From: Takakia lepidozioides
Taxonomy: Eukaryota; Plantae; Bryophyta
DNA: 64,000 nt
Reading direction: 5' to 3'
Assembly (NCBI GenBank): GCA_030704615.1
Contig: CM060732.1
Span: 35,340,001-35,404,000 of the forward strand
Positions 39,279 to 50,581 of the stretch are shown here, one piece after another. The notes under the pieces were generated by a model. It did not search any database. It saw only the letters and a list, made by a program, of their open reading frames with translations, and was not told where the DNA came from. Each line of letters begins with the position of its first letter. Position 1 is the first letter of the stretch. Position numbers and translations under genes: made by a program.

Positions 39279-40789
39279 CTCGAGAAAGATGAGCTCGTAT
39301 CTGTGAGTGCCAGATACGAGTTAGTTGTAGCACTTGTGGTTTTTGCTTGAGAATGAGAGAAACCAAGTTGTTATGCAAGGAGCACCGTGGAGCTCTTGGT
39401 TGTTAGAAGCGGAGGCGATGTGGGTTACGAGGTGGTAGACCTTGGCATTCGATCTTCAGCTTCAGAGATGAAAGCACCATGCTGCAGGTAATTCCAGAGC
39501 ACCTTGATGGTTTCAGATTGTGTACATGCATGAGCAAGCACGATTGGGAAGAGGACCAGTCAAGAGCAGGTTATAGTGGCTTTGGTGGCAAAGCTGAGAA
39601 CTGGACTTGGGAATGCGAGCTTTCATTGTGAAGGATTGCAAGACCAAGCGAAAGGGCTGATTTGGCTTGGGGCAAATCAGTGCACTTTGTGGTGAGATTG
39701 GGTTTCAATCTCGAGCTTCAGCATTGAGAGGGCTCTTGTCATGGCAAGAGCAGGGCTGGAACAGAGCTAAGAGGTGCGGCAAGGCCATGGAATGTGCACC
39801 TAGGGTTTCAGAGCTTGGAAGAAGAGCTCTTGCACCACAAGAGAAGTGTCTTGTGGCTGGAAATGTAAGCCTTAGGGTTTCAGGAGCTTGGCAAAGGCTG
39901 TGGAGTGCTTAGTCTTGTCTTAGAGAGCATCAAGGAGCCAAGGAGCCAAGATAGGGGGCTGATATCTCTTGTGTGAAGAGGTTGCATGTGTGGAGCATGT
40001 ATTCAGCTCATTGAAGCTTCCATCTTCAAGCTTGGAGGGCAAGCAAGGAAGAGGGAAGGGCTGACTTCCCTTATGGGCAATGCATGTGTGGAGCATGCTA
40101 TCAGCCTGGTGAAGGCTTGCACTTTCAGGTTGGAGTGCAAGAAAGGAAGGAAGGGGCTGGTTTCCCTGTAGGGCATGTGGAGCATGCTTTCAGCCTGCTG
40201 AAGCTTGTATTTTCAGGTTTGTGGGTGCAAGAAATGAAGCAAATGAGCTAATTCTCTTATGGTGAGAGTGGGGCATGTGTGGAGCATGCCTTCAGCCCAT
40301 TGAGGCTCTTGTTTTCAAGCTTTAGAGAGCTAGAACGGAAGGTCTAGGGCTGGTTTCCACTTGGAGTGAAAGAAAAGCACTTGTAGGGCCTATGTGAGTT
40401 GGGGTTTCAACTTCAAGCTTGAAGGCGCAACTCTTGAAGTAGCAGGTGTAGGGGGCTGGAATAGGCTCTAAGACAGATGCTATGGCCAAGGAGAGTGCTT
40501 GAATGAGTGCTCACAAGGGCTGGGAACCAGCAGGGCTTGGTTGTTTGCATTGAGTTTAGCGGCGTGTTTGGGGAGGCTAAGTGAGAAAGAAGGCTTGGTT
40601 TGTGGCAACCACCTCATGGCTTAGGGCTACTATGGTGTGTGTGGGAGCCGAAAGAGCAAGAATACCTTGCTGATTTCCTCACAGCCACCATAGCTCATGG
40701 AAAGAAGCCTAGAGTCCAAGAGACACAACCCTAGCTTGGCGTGGCTAAACCCCTTGGAGAAATGGCTAAACTGCCAGAGTGGCCATGGA

Positions 40790-41530
40790 TGGGGCTGTGA
40801 TGGGCTGTCCCTGTGGCCTTGGGGGCTGTGACGGGCTGCACCCTTGGCCTTTGGGGCTGTGAGGGGCTGTGACAGGCCGTGCCTGAGGCCTTTGGGGCTG
40901 TGACGGGCTGTGGGGGGCTGTGACGGGCTGTGATGGGCTGTGAGGGCTGTGACAGCCGTGCCTGAGGCACGGGCTGTGAGGGGCTGTGACAGGCCGTGAG
41001 GCCTTTGGGGCTGTGAGGGGCTGTGCCGGCTGCGCCGGTGCCTTCAGGGTTGTGACGGGCTGTGGCCTTCGGTCTGTGAGGGCCTGTGACGGGCTGCGCC
41101 GGTGGCCTTGGGGCTGTGATGGGCTGTGAGGGGCTGTGCCGTGGCCTTTTGGGGCTATGACAGGCTGTGCCTATGGCCTTTAGGGCTGTGATGGCTGTGA
41201 GGGCTGTGACACGCCGTGCCTGAGGCCTTGGGGCTGACACAGGCTGTGAGGGTGACAGGCTGTGCCCGTGGCCTTTGGGGGCTATGAGGGGCTGTGATAG
41301 GCCTGCCTGAGGCCTTTGGGGCTGTGACGGGCTGTGACGGGCTGTGACAGGCTGCCTGAGGCCTTTGGGGCTGTGACGGGCTGTGTGAGGCACTGTGACA
41401 GGCTGACAGGCTGTGCGGGCTGTGCCCAGTGGCCTGTGGGACTGTGACGGCTGTGACCAGTGAGCTGTGTGGGCCTGTGCTGGTCTGTGTGGCCCGTGTT
41501 GACCTGTGGACGGCCTGTGCTGACTCGTGG
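40790..41530. repeat. Degenerate GGGCTGTGAC-type minisatellite in the 5' leader of element C
   Basis: Dozens of GGCTGTG(A/C) units interspersed with GGCCTTTGGG. Confidence 0.9.
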
Positions 41531-42206
41531 AGGCACTGGTGGACTGCCTAAGGACTGGCATGTGGTCTTGAAGGCCGAATTTTGAAGCTCGTGGAGGGCG
41601 GTTTGAGGAGTATCTTCATGATATTCCCATGGTCATGCAAGTGAGGGAAGAGAGGAGAGAAAGAGAGGAGATGAAGAGTGTTGGGATGAGGGCATGCTGG
41701 GGTTAGGCATTACTTTAGCTTCTCTTCCTCGTAGTTTCCACCCTCTCATTAGGCCAAGACCTTTCCGTAGGTGGAGGCAAGAGTCAGTCCGGGTTTGGGC
41801 TGGCGTGTCCTTGCAGGAGCAACACCGTGGAGTTGTTTTTGGTGTGGGGGAGTTGTCGTTTTGATTTCTTGTGTTTGGATCCCCTCCATACCTACATGCT
41901 TGACTGTGCGCTATGCTAGTTTTGTGTGGGCGCTTGTTTTTATAGGTGATTGGTTCGGATTTGATCACCGGCCAGTCCTAGAGCATGCTGTCGATGGTGA
42001 GGCTGGGGTGATGACCAGCCAGACCATCATTGTTTCTCCTGTGGTGAGGTTGGAGGTGATGACCAGCCAACCATAGGAGTGCTTGCGATGGATGCAGGTA
42101 CAGGTGTAGGCTATGTTAGGAACTTAGTATTCCAAACCATAAGCCGCAACTGGTTCTCTACCCGGTTACCTTGTGGAGAGGGGGTTAAGGACATATTCAT
42201 GACCGG

Positions 42207-44811
42207 TTGATTGTCAACACGGAGGTGCCACTAGTTGCTGGGGACAGTGCCGGTTCGAGCACTAGCGATACTAGTGGGTACACGAGACAAGGTGTGCGGT
42301 TTAGGCCACCTTCACCTCCTGTGTCTTCTACGGAAGGTTCTGATTCAGATTGTGAATTAGGAGGACTCGTACCGGCGGTGCAAGTTGTTTCTTTGCCATT
42401 GTTGTGGGACACAATGGAGGAGATGTATGGAGCTACCAAGGGGCCACGAAGGTACTCTGGGGCGGTGGGCACCATCGAGTTGGATGATTTTATCCAAGAG
42501 TTTGATAGTTGGTGTGATTTGCAGCAAATGCGCAATCCACAACTATTTACGCCTTTCATGGCATGGAAGGGGTTGTTTCAGCACCTTGAGGAGCCGCCTA
42601 TGGATGATTACCATGTTCAGGCGGGGCATGAGGTTGAGATCGAGGAGTGGAGGATGTACTAGTCACCCGACTATGTCTCCATCACTAGGGGCACTAGAGC
42701 CAAGAGGGCAGTGGCTACACCTGCCGCCGGCAGCTTCAGCAAGTAGCAGAGGGACTAGTGGGACTGGTGGTACAGTAGCTACGACGTCCACCCAAGCCAC
42801 TACCGCACCAGCACTAGTACCCGTGCCTGCCTTCAACCCTGTTGTGGAGTTCTTCGAAGAGTTGAGAGGGAACTACCAAGGGGTGAAGACGGAGAAGTTG
42901 CGGAGCTTGCAAGAGTTCCAACGGAAGCCGACCGAGAGCTTGAGGGAGGCTTTCACTCGCATGAGGCGCTTGATAAATGTAACCCAAGGGGTTACGGAAG
43001 CTCAGGCAGTCCAATTCTGGTATGGGATATTGGACAAGGAGCTGAGGAGAAGGTGCGGGATGCAACTCTCCTACAAGCGGCCCAACCCACCTTAGCAAAT
43101 GTGTTTTTGCTGGCAGAGCGGATAGAGCTCAACATGGTGGAGGAACAAGTGGTCATGGTGGGATTTGCTAAGGAGACACCACGGGGTAGTGGTGCTCCTA
43201 GCCAACCACTACCTCAACGTGGTCAAGGCAACAAGGGGGCTCAGGTGAAGCCCAAGGAAGGGTAGAGAGGACCTCAGATGCAGGGGTCTCTCCCTTCATT
43301 TGCTGGCCAACAACGGGCGGATGTGGTGTGCTGGACATGTGGAGGACCCCATGTCAAGAAGGATTGCCTAGAGGGAGGCAAAGGGCCGGCACATGCACAG
43401 CCTGCACAATTGCAGTGTGGGCATTGTGGCAAACATGGGCATGGAGAGGCCCAGTGTTATGGTTTGCATCCTGAGTTGCGCCAAGCCAGTTCCAAGGGAA
43501 CAATGGTGGCCGGGGGCGAGGTGGAGCAGCCCAGAGAGGACGAGGTGGCCAGCCACGAGGGCAGGCCAAGGGCCAGCTCAACATGGCCAAGGACGCGGAG
43601 GTCAGGGTTGACCAAAGCATGGCCAACCGGCTTCAGCAGCTAGAGCAGAGGCTCGCTGCCATGGCTACAGCTCAGGTGGTACCGGCTCTAAGGCCGGATG
43701 GTCCACCTCCTGCTCCTGAGGGAGGAGATATGGGAGGCATGGGATTCATGTGTGGAGTAGCACTACCACTAGTGCAGGTGGAGTCTGCTGCAGCCGTGAC
43801 TCGAGGAGCAGCACGAGTTCCTGAGCCACGAGGTACAGAGGTGGAGTTGGATCCACAGCGTGGGGAGGCAAGCCGTCAGGCTAGGCTTCCTCAGTCATTC
43901 ACATTGGCGGAGACAGTGTCGACGCCATCCATGGCACCTAGTTCTCGCCCGACTGTTACCAGGCGGAGGTTACTATGATTGGGGAGAGCTACACGGGTAG
44001 CACCACTACCTAGTGTTGCCAAGGCTACGTAGCTAGTGTGCTGCTAGGAGCGGCCACATCTGTGTGCCAGGCTCCATTGTTCTCAGCTACCATGATTGCG
44101 ACGCCGGGGGTAAGACCAGCTGAGGTGTTCAGGCTGGCAGCTACACTCTGTGAGAGTGGGGAGGTTACTTCATCTTCTGCGGAGATAGTGGGAGGTGTAG
44201 TGCCGGAGGGATCCTCGGATTTGAGGGTCAAGACTGCCACGGCGGCGCCATGGCAAGCTGCAGCTGCCAGGTTGATGGAGCTGCCAGCTAGGCCAGCCAT
44301 TGAGCGCACCATGGTGACACTTGGAGTTGTCATGTTAGACAACCAGGATGGCATTTTCTGTTTGAGTGGACCGGCAGGCAGAGGTACCGGCCACTGCGGG
44401 TCTTGTTGGACTCGGAGCTCAGCCACTGATGCTGGGCAGAGCTGCTATTGCAGGCTTGGGCTTCACGGAGGCGATATGGAGCCTTGTCCTTTCCAGATAC
44501 AGACGTCTCTGGGAGGATCGGAGCAGGCTCGGGGCATGACACGGCGTGAGTGGCTATCAGACTACGGCCGGATCACCCTATAGATGGCTCAGTGATGCGA
44601 GCCAAGGCCATTGTGACAGACGCGGTCTCATACGATGTCCTGGTTGGTGGGGCAGTGTTGTACCCCATGGACTTCACCCTGGATTTTTGGGAGGCGTCAG
44701 CTTCCTATAGGCCTGCATGGCAGTCAGGGGAGGGCCAACGTGTGCAGCTCCCTGTGACGTTCATAGGAGGAGTTGCGGTTGCCCAGCTAGGCAAGATGCC
44801 AACACTAGCAG
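42207..44811 (+). pseudogene. Element C gag (two CCHC knuckles) and aspartic protease, frameshifted
   Basis: LDDFIQEFDSW, QKPTESLREA-like gag motif, CWTCGGPHVKKDC, CGHCGKHGHGEAQC, LLDSGAQP near 44404, YDVLVG. Confidence 0.8.
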
Positions 44812-45019
44812 CAGGGATGCCTCGGCGTGAGCCTGGTCACGTGAGCGCGTGAGCGCGACTGCGCTCACGCCACGTCACCTTGCGCAAATGCCACGTCACG
44901 GGTCTCAGTCCACGTCATCACACGTGGAGGCCGAGTCACCACGCACCCAGAAAGAAGTGGAGTGTATTCCCGCGGATTGGCACCCTTTACCTTGGACGAC
45001 ATAATAAAAGGCATTGAAT

Positions 45020-45370
45020 AAATGATGGATGAATGTACAGTTGGATGATAAACAGATGGATGAGTTTGAAAAATCTATGTAGATGGATGAATGACGGATG
45101 GATAAGAGTAAAATGGATGAATGTATAATGGATGTTGAGCAATGACAAAAATTCATGACAGGAAGATGCATGACCAAATCTTTTGACGAATGCACAAAGT
45201 ATATGAAATGAGTGTGGAAGGTTTGTGGGTGGATTAAAGAGTACAGAGGATGAATGTACAATGGATGTTGTACAAAGGAAGCTTTCATGAATGGAGCACG
45301 CATGAATACAGTGTAGATGAATGCACAATGGATATGAGAAGAGTCAGGAAGGTTTGTGAGATGGATTCAT
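45020..45370. repeat. Low-complexity ATGGATGA repeats in the MULE subterminal region
   Basis: Many degenerate ATGGATGA/ATGAATG units. Confidence 0.7.
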
Positions 45371-45495
45371 ACATATAGCAATTTAAACGAAAGTTGATTC
45401 TGTGATTATTATTTGTTCTAAAGGAACAACTACGGTAGAGTAAGGGGATTCAACGTTTTCCAGATAATATGAAAATGAATATTAAAAAATACAGT

Positions 45496-48400
45496 TCAGT
45501 CTGACTCAGAGTCAGTACAATGTATCCCCTCTTCCTCTGCATCTAAGTCTAAGTATTTTAGAACACCGGATCCACGCGGATACACCTACGGCTGGCCACT
45601 AAAAAGTCAGGGGATAGGGACTCGGACGCGTGAAGTGCCATTGCTTCGGCATAAACAGGGAGCAGAAAATTGGAAAGGGGGCTGTCGAAAACAGACTCGC
45701 CAGAAATGACTGTATCTCCTGAAGATCCACCGCTGCTTTCCTGAAAGACAGCCTGAAAAAGTTATTACTGTAACTTTGATGTTATCGAGAAATTGAGTAT
45801 GACTCCCAAAGAGGGTTTAGCACTTACTCACATGAAAAGTCGTTGTCGACCTGCTTATCTTCGGGATCGTCATCATTTCGAATATGAATCCGATCAGTCT
45901 GTGTGCCTGAAGTGGAGCCAGACAAAAGGGGAGGAGCACTGTGTTGTAGAGGTCAGAATCACCCTCCATACCAAAAGGCTTCTTCCGCCTGCCTTGCATG
46001 CGTGGTAAGTTGCTCCTGCACCAGACAGGAGAACATAAACAGTTTGGAGGAGGGGATTTAAGCAGATGAAACTGTTGAAAGGAAACCAATTCGGAAGGGA
46101 GAAAACGAACCTGTGGACACAGAAAGATCGACCACCCGTGCAGAGCGGTGGCTGCATGACTCCAGCAGTATTTGCATGAATGCTGGTGACTTTTCCTTTG
46201 CACCTCTCCAGGGAGTGCCATCTGGTCTCTTCAGAGTCTGACTGGACTGCATGAAGTTGTACAAAATGTCATCGACATGGGGCTCATAGGGGGGGTTGAC
46301 GAAACAACCCTGGTCAGAAATCTCAAAGCTGCGGATGGAGGATGGTGTCTTTGATGTGCGAATCCTCCGCAGGCAGATCGCCTCGAACATCCTCGTCTGC
46401 CAAAGATAGCAGGTTAGTGTGGTAAACACAATCTAAAGTGGAAGTGTGTACATCGGCTATTCAGAACTCTGACACCAAAAAACCATGAATCGTTGATGAT
46501 CGGTGTCGATCATAAAACATTCTACTAGAGTGGAGCTGCAGAGAAAATTGAAACTCATGATCAAAGCATAAGCAGAAGGCAGACGGCATACCAGCTGACC
46601 AGGGAAACCCCCTTTCACAAGGTAGAGGCTGTTCACACAATTCCATGTGCGCAAAACTTCAAACCCTGAAGACTTGAGGTATGATGCCAATGCCCGACGA
46701 CTATCATTGTCACATGACTGAAAAAGCAGAAGTGTCCCTGCATCAGAGAGGAAATTGTTACAGAACCCGAATACCCAACTCCAGTAGTTGTCCTCGAATT
46801 TGTTCCACCCTGGCGTCTTGCCCTTTGGAAGAACTTCTGGCACAGCCTGGCCATCCGGGATGTCGAGAATGACAATGTCGGCCGCATAAGTTTTCTGCAC
46901 ACCGCACACGAAGGTGGGACCTGTGCTCACCTGCAACAGACATGTTTTTTATAAGAACGATGGCAAGAATGTTTTCAAAGAACGAGACTGAAATACTGCC
47001 AACGAAACTTCAGAGAAAAAGGAAAGAAAGTGGAATTCTCACCAGATTGAGGAATGAGATTATTTGTCCCAGGTAGGGGATGGCACCCCAGTGTATCCTC
47101 TCTTTCGACTCTGCATCATCGAAAGCCAACCCTCATTAACAATTTTCATCTCTCCTGCTGAATCAGAACGGGAAGGGTGTGGCTTGGCATCGAACACGCA
47201 CTGAAGAGTGCGGGTATATCTTCCAGCACTAAAGTCCTGCCCACTCTCCATCTCCTTTTCATTCTCCTTCCCCTTGTCCTTTTCCTTCTCTTTGGACTTG
47301 TCTTTGTCCTTGGCTTTGCTGGTGAGATGGCTATGACATCAACAGCCTTGTCTTTTGGTTTGCGGCCCGCCTTCTTTCCCTTCTGCGGCGTTCCCTGAGC
47401 ATCAGGCTCCTTGGCAGCCAAGGTTGCTATGTTTCGTTGATACTCTTCGTCAGTCAAAGGCGCCAGCATCTCAGCGTTATTGTTCAAGTATTTCATATGC
47501 TGTTCTTGAAAGGTCGTGTGCTCAGGTGGGCAGTCAAGGTACCACCCACAGTCTCTGAAGTGAGAAGGACTCCAGTCCTTCAATATCCCTGCAGTATACA
47601 TGGTTGGATCGTTTGCAGGGTCCGACCACATGTCAAGATAGTCGGGAATTCCGCTCAGGTGATTTCCTTCCATAAGCACATATTTCGTGTACCTGAAAAA
47701 AGGAGATAAATCCCAACCCACAAAAGCGCTCAGTGAGTAAGATGCAAGTAGAACAGAAAGAATAAAACATGGATTGAAATGGCTCTGACAACTGCTCCAA
47801 GGACCTTTCAGGACCACACTACTGCTCCAGATATGAATGTCGTCAACGCCATTCAGAACATTCCATTCCATGACACTGTAATACATCCTAATCCAGGTGA
47901 ATGCAAATAAGCGATTAGAAATGACACAGACATAGAAGTGAATGTCGTCAACGACATTCAAGAATGAAGCCAAATTATTACTGAAATGAAGCAAAATCAC
48001 AGGATGGAAATAAAAAATTGAGTAAGGAACCATCCAGGAAAACTCAATGCACATTCATAACGAACCTATCACTGAGGACCTCACAACATCACTGTATGTG
48101 AATGGCGTCAACGCCATTCACAAAAATACAAAAAGAAACCAATTACTTAGCTCCCCAATCCATGAAATTGAATTTGTCGTTTTGAATAATACAGACACAG
48201 CTGTGAATGTCGTCAACGACATTCACTTTGGATTTCTTAAAACAGAGCTTATCAAGCCTCCATATTCATCGCAAGAGGAAAAAACAATGCAGAACAACTG
48301 AATGTCTGCATTGACATTCAGCAAAATGAAGTGATCAACCCTCATGTAACCTCTATGGACATTACAAAAATTTAAATAACCTTGAGGACCACACAACAAC

Positions 48401-50464
48401 TCCGTGTGAATGTCGTCAACGCCATTCAAGGACATTATCAATTCTAATCAGGGACAATATAATTGCACCCTTAGATCCTAACCAGGTGAATTCATATACT
48501 CGCTTAAGAATGACTCAGACAAAGAAGTGAATGTCGTCAACGACATTCAATCTGGATCTAAGATTGCAATCCATATGAAGCCACAATTTTTCCCAAAAAA
48601 ACAGTAGAGTTCAAGTATGACATTTCACCTGTACACAACTCGCATCATGGCCCACTCTCCTCCAACCTGACTGTCAAAGTCGTTGGACCGTAAAATGTTA
48701 CCATCTTTGGAGAACTCCCGGAAAAAACAGTATCTCCAGGTGAGACCTCTCCACTTCCTTATGTATGCCTCCAATGACATTTGGGGAGGGGAAACAATCG
48801 CAATGTTCAGGTCCTTCAAAGTCTGATCCAGCACAATGACGGCGCGCTTTTCGAGCTGCAAATAGTATATTTGTCAGAATTGCAAAAAAGAACACATCAC
48901 ATACTTGAAGAGAAGAAAACAGCATGTTCGAATACACACCTGACTCCAAAATGTAGCCTTGTGGAGCCAGTTATCAAACACCAAATCACTGATTCCTTCC
49001 ACCTTTGTGCCAGGCTGTATGGTGCTCTTTGGGAACTGATTCAAGTCCTTTACTGTTTGATCTGAGTTCCATATCTCCAGCCACCTTATTTTTGTTTGTG
49101 GGTCGACCATCGATATGGCCAGCCGGTGCAATTTCTCCTGCTGCATCTCCGGATGCACATGCTTGTCATAGTGTGTTTTGATCTGCTGAAGGAACTCAGG
49201 ACCAAGTCCAGGATCTACTATTCTAAGCTGCTTTCCGAAGGCTGACATCAATTTGGTTCTTCGCATCTCAAACTCCTTCTTTATTGCAGCTTCCACACCC
49301 TTTGATGTCCTTAGTTCCTCTGGTGTAGTGCGGTAATATTCGGATTTTCCCTTCTCAGCTGCCTCTGCCAGTTCTTGCTGCATTCATTCAAGTAGTGATT
49401 AGCTCCGAAGGGACTCTAAACATGTATTCGAAAAGTAAACAGATTACAGACTCGGGCTTACCGCATACATGTACTCCAGAAACGCCTCTCGTGTCAAAGA
49501 ATACCAAGTGCCTGCAGCTTCCTGTTTCGCACTTCTTGATGATATTGGGTGGTAGTACTGTCCGAAAATCATCCAGCTTCATCAGACCAATCCTCTGAAT
49601 TCGGAATAGTGTGTGAACCAAGCTTGTTGTCACATGCGATTTCTCTGTCGATCTGCAAAAACATTGAAAACATTGCATTCCTTAACACTGTTTTTTTGAG
49701 GATCAACAAGACACTACAGAGGGAATCAAATCTCCTGGATGACTTACTTGTTCACGTCGTGCATAGCTGTAAGAAGCCTAGCGATGTCGTTTCCTGATCC
49801 AAAACCATTGCCTCCACAGCAACATGCTTGTCTTTGTCTTTCGAATGGTGTTTCTGAATGTATCCCATCCATGCCAGCAATCGGTGGTTGCCGTCCCAGA
49901 CGTAGAACATGTGGTTGCAAAATTGCTGGTGTTTCTTTCCCATCATGAGGCCCAGCTCGAACTCCTCATTGGCATCTTTCCAGCACTCATCCCAGTTATC
50001 ACTGATCTCTGGAGAAACTAATGTGCTTTTCCCATTTATATCCGTCAGTGACACATAAAAAACTTGTGCACCAAGTCTATATCCATGCACAAAATCACTC
50101 TCCAATTTTGTTATGTCATGGGAAAGAGGTGGACGCACAACAGGCATTGATATCATCCGGCACAGAGGTATGTCCAGACGCCCTCCAGATACGAGCATGT
50201 CCCTTATAACCTCCTGAGAGTTTACCTTCTGGAATGACATGAGTTCTTTCACCTTGTCAAGGTAGTGCACTTCGGATTCATCTGCTTCATCTGTATTCTC
50301 TGAGCTTTTTGCGGACTCGTCCCCATCTCCAGATCCTTTCCCCTCTGATCCTGTAGGCTTCGACCTCACAGTTTTCTGCACGATGCCATTCAGTTCTGAC
50401 TAAGTGATTTGCAAATAGTGAATGGCGGTAACGACAATCACTCTGTATCAAGGAAACTCACCAT
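45496..50464 (-). CDS. Spliced MULE accessory gene: ParB/Srx-like N-terminal domain plus C-terminal beta-class N4C/N6A DNA methyltransferase-like domain (some apparent frameshifts)
   Basis: ATG|GTGAGT at 50464. FYVWDGNHRLLAW in exon 50399-49748. ADIVILDIPDG...FLSDAGTLLLF in exon 46930-46592. EKSPAFMQILLESCS...VVDLSVSTG in exon 46396-46111, spliced to ATYHACKAGGR...MEGD from 46015. Introns are GT-AG. Confidence 0.72.
47834..48549. repeat. Array of seven 22-bp palindromes TGAATG(T/G)CGT-CA-ACG(A/C)CATTCA in intron 47693-48628
   Basis: Copies start at 47834, 47939, 48099, 48204, 48299 (variant core), 48407 and 48528; spacers are diverged. Confidence 0.9.
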
Positions 50465-50581
50465 GAATGGTGTGAAAGAATTCAGCACAATCTACAGCAA
50501 AGCCGAGACTTATGATTCTTCAACAGACGCAGTAAAGATACTCTGGCGATAGCAAGGTTACTCGATGATGAGGAAGTCACA

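Noticed and set aside
40731-41561. 276-aa minus-strand ORF as a real gene
   Set aside because: Translation of a stop-poor minisatellite; no recognisable domain.
47146-48054. 302-aa ORF as a single coding exon
   Set aside because: Its N-terminal part reads through the palindrome-bearing intron; only the portion from 47692 downward looks exonic.
47834-48549. CRISPR array interpretation of the spaced palindromes
   Set aside because: Spacers are 73-138 bp, variable in length and partly homologous to each other; no cas genes; the array lies in a spliceosomal intron.
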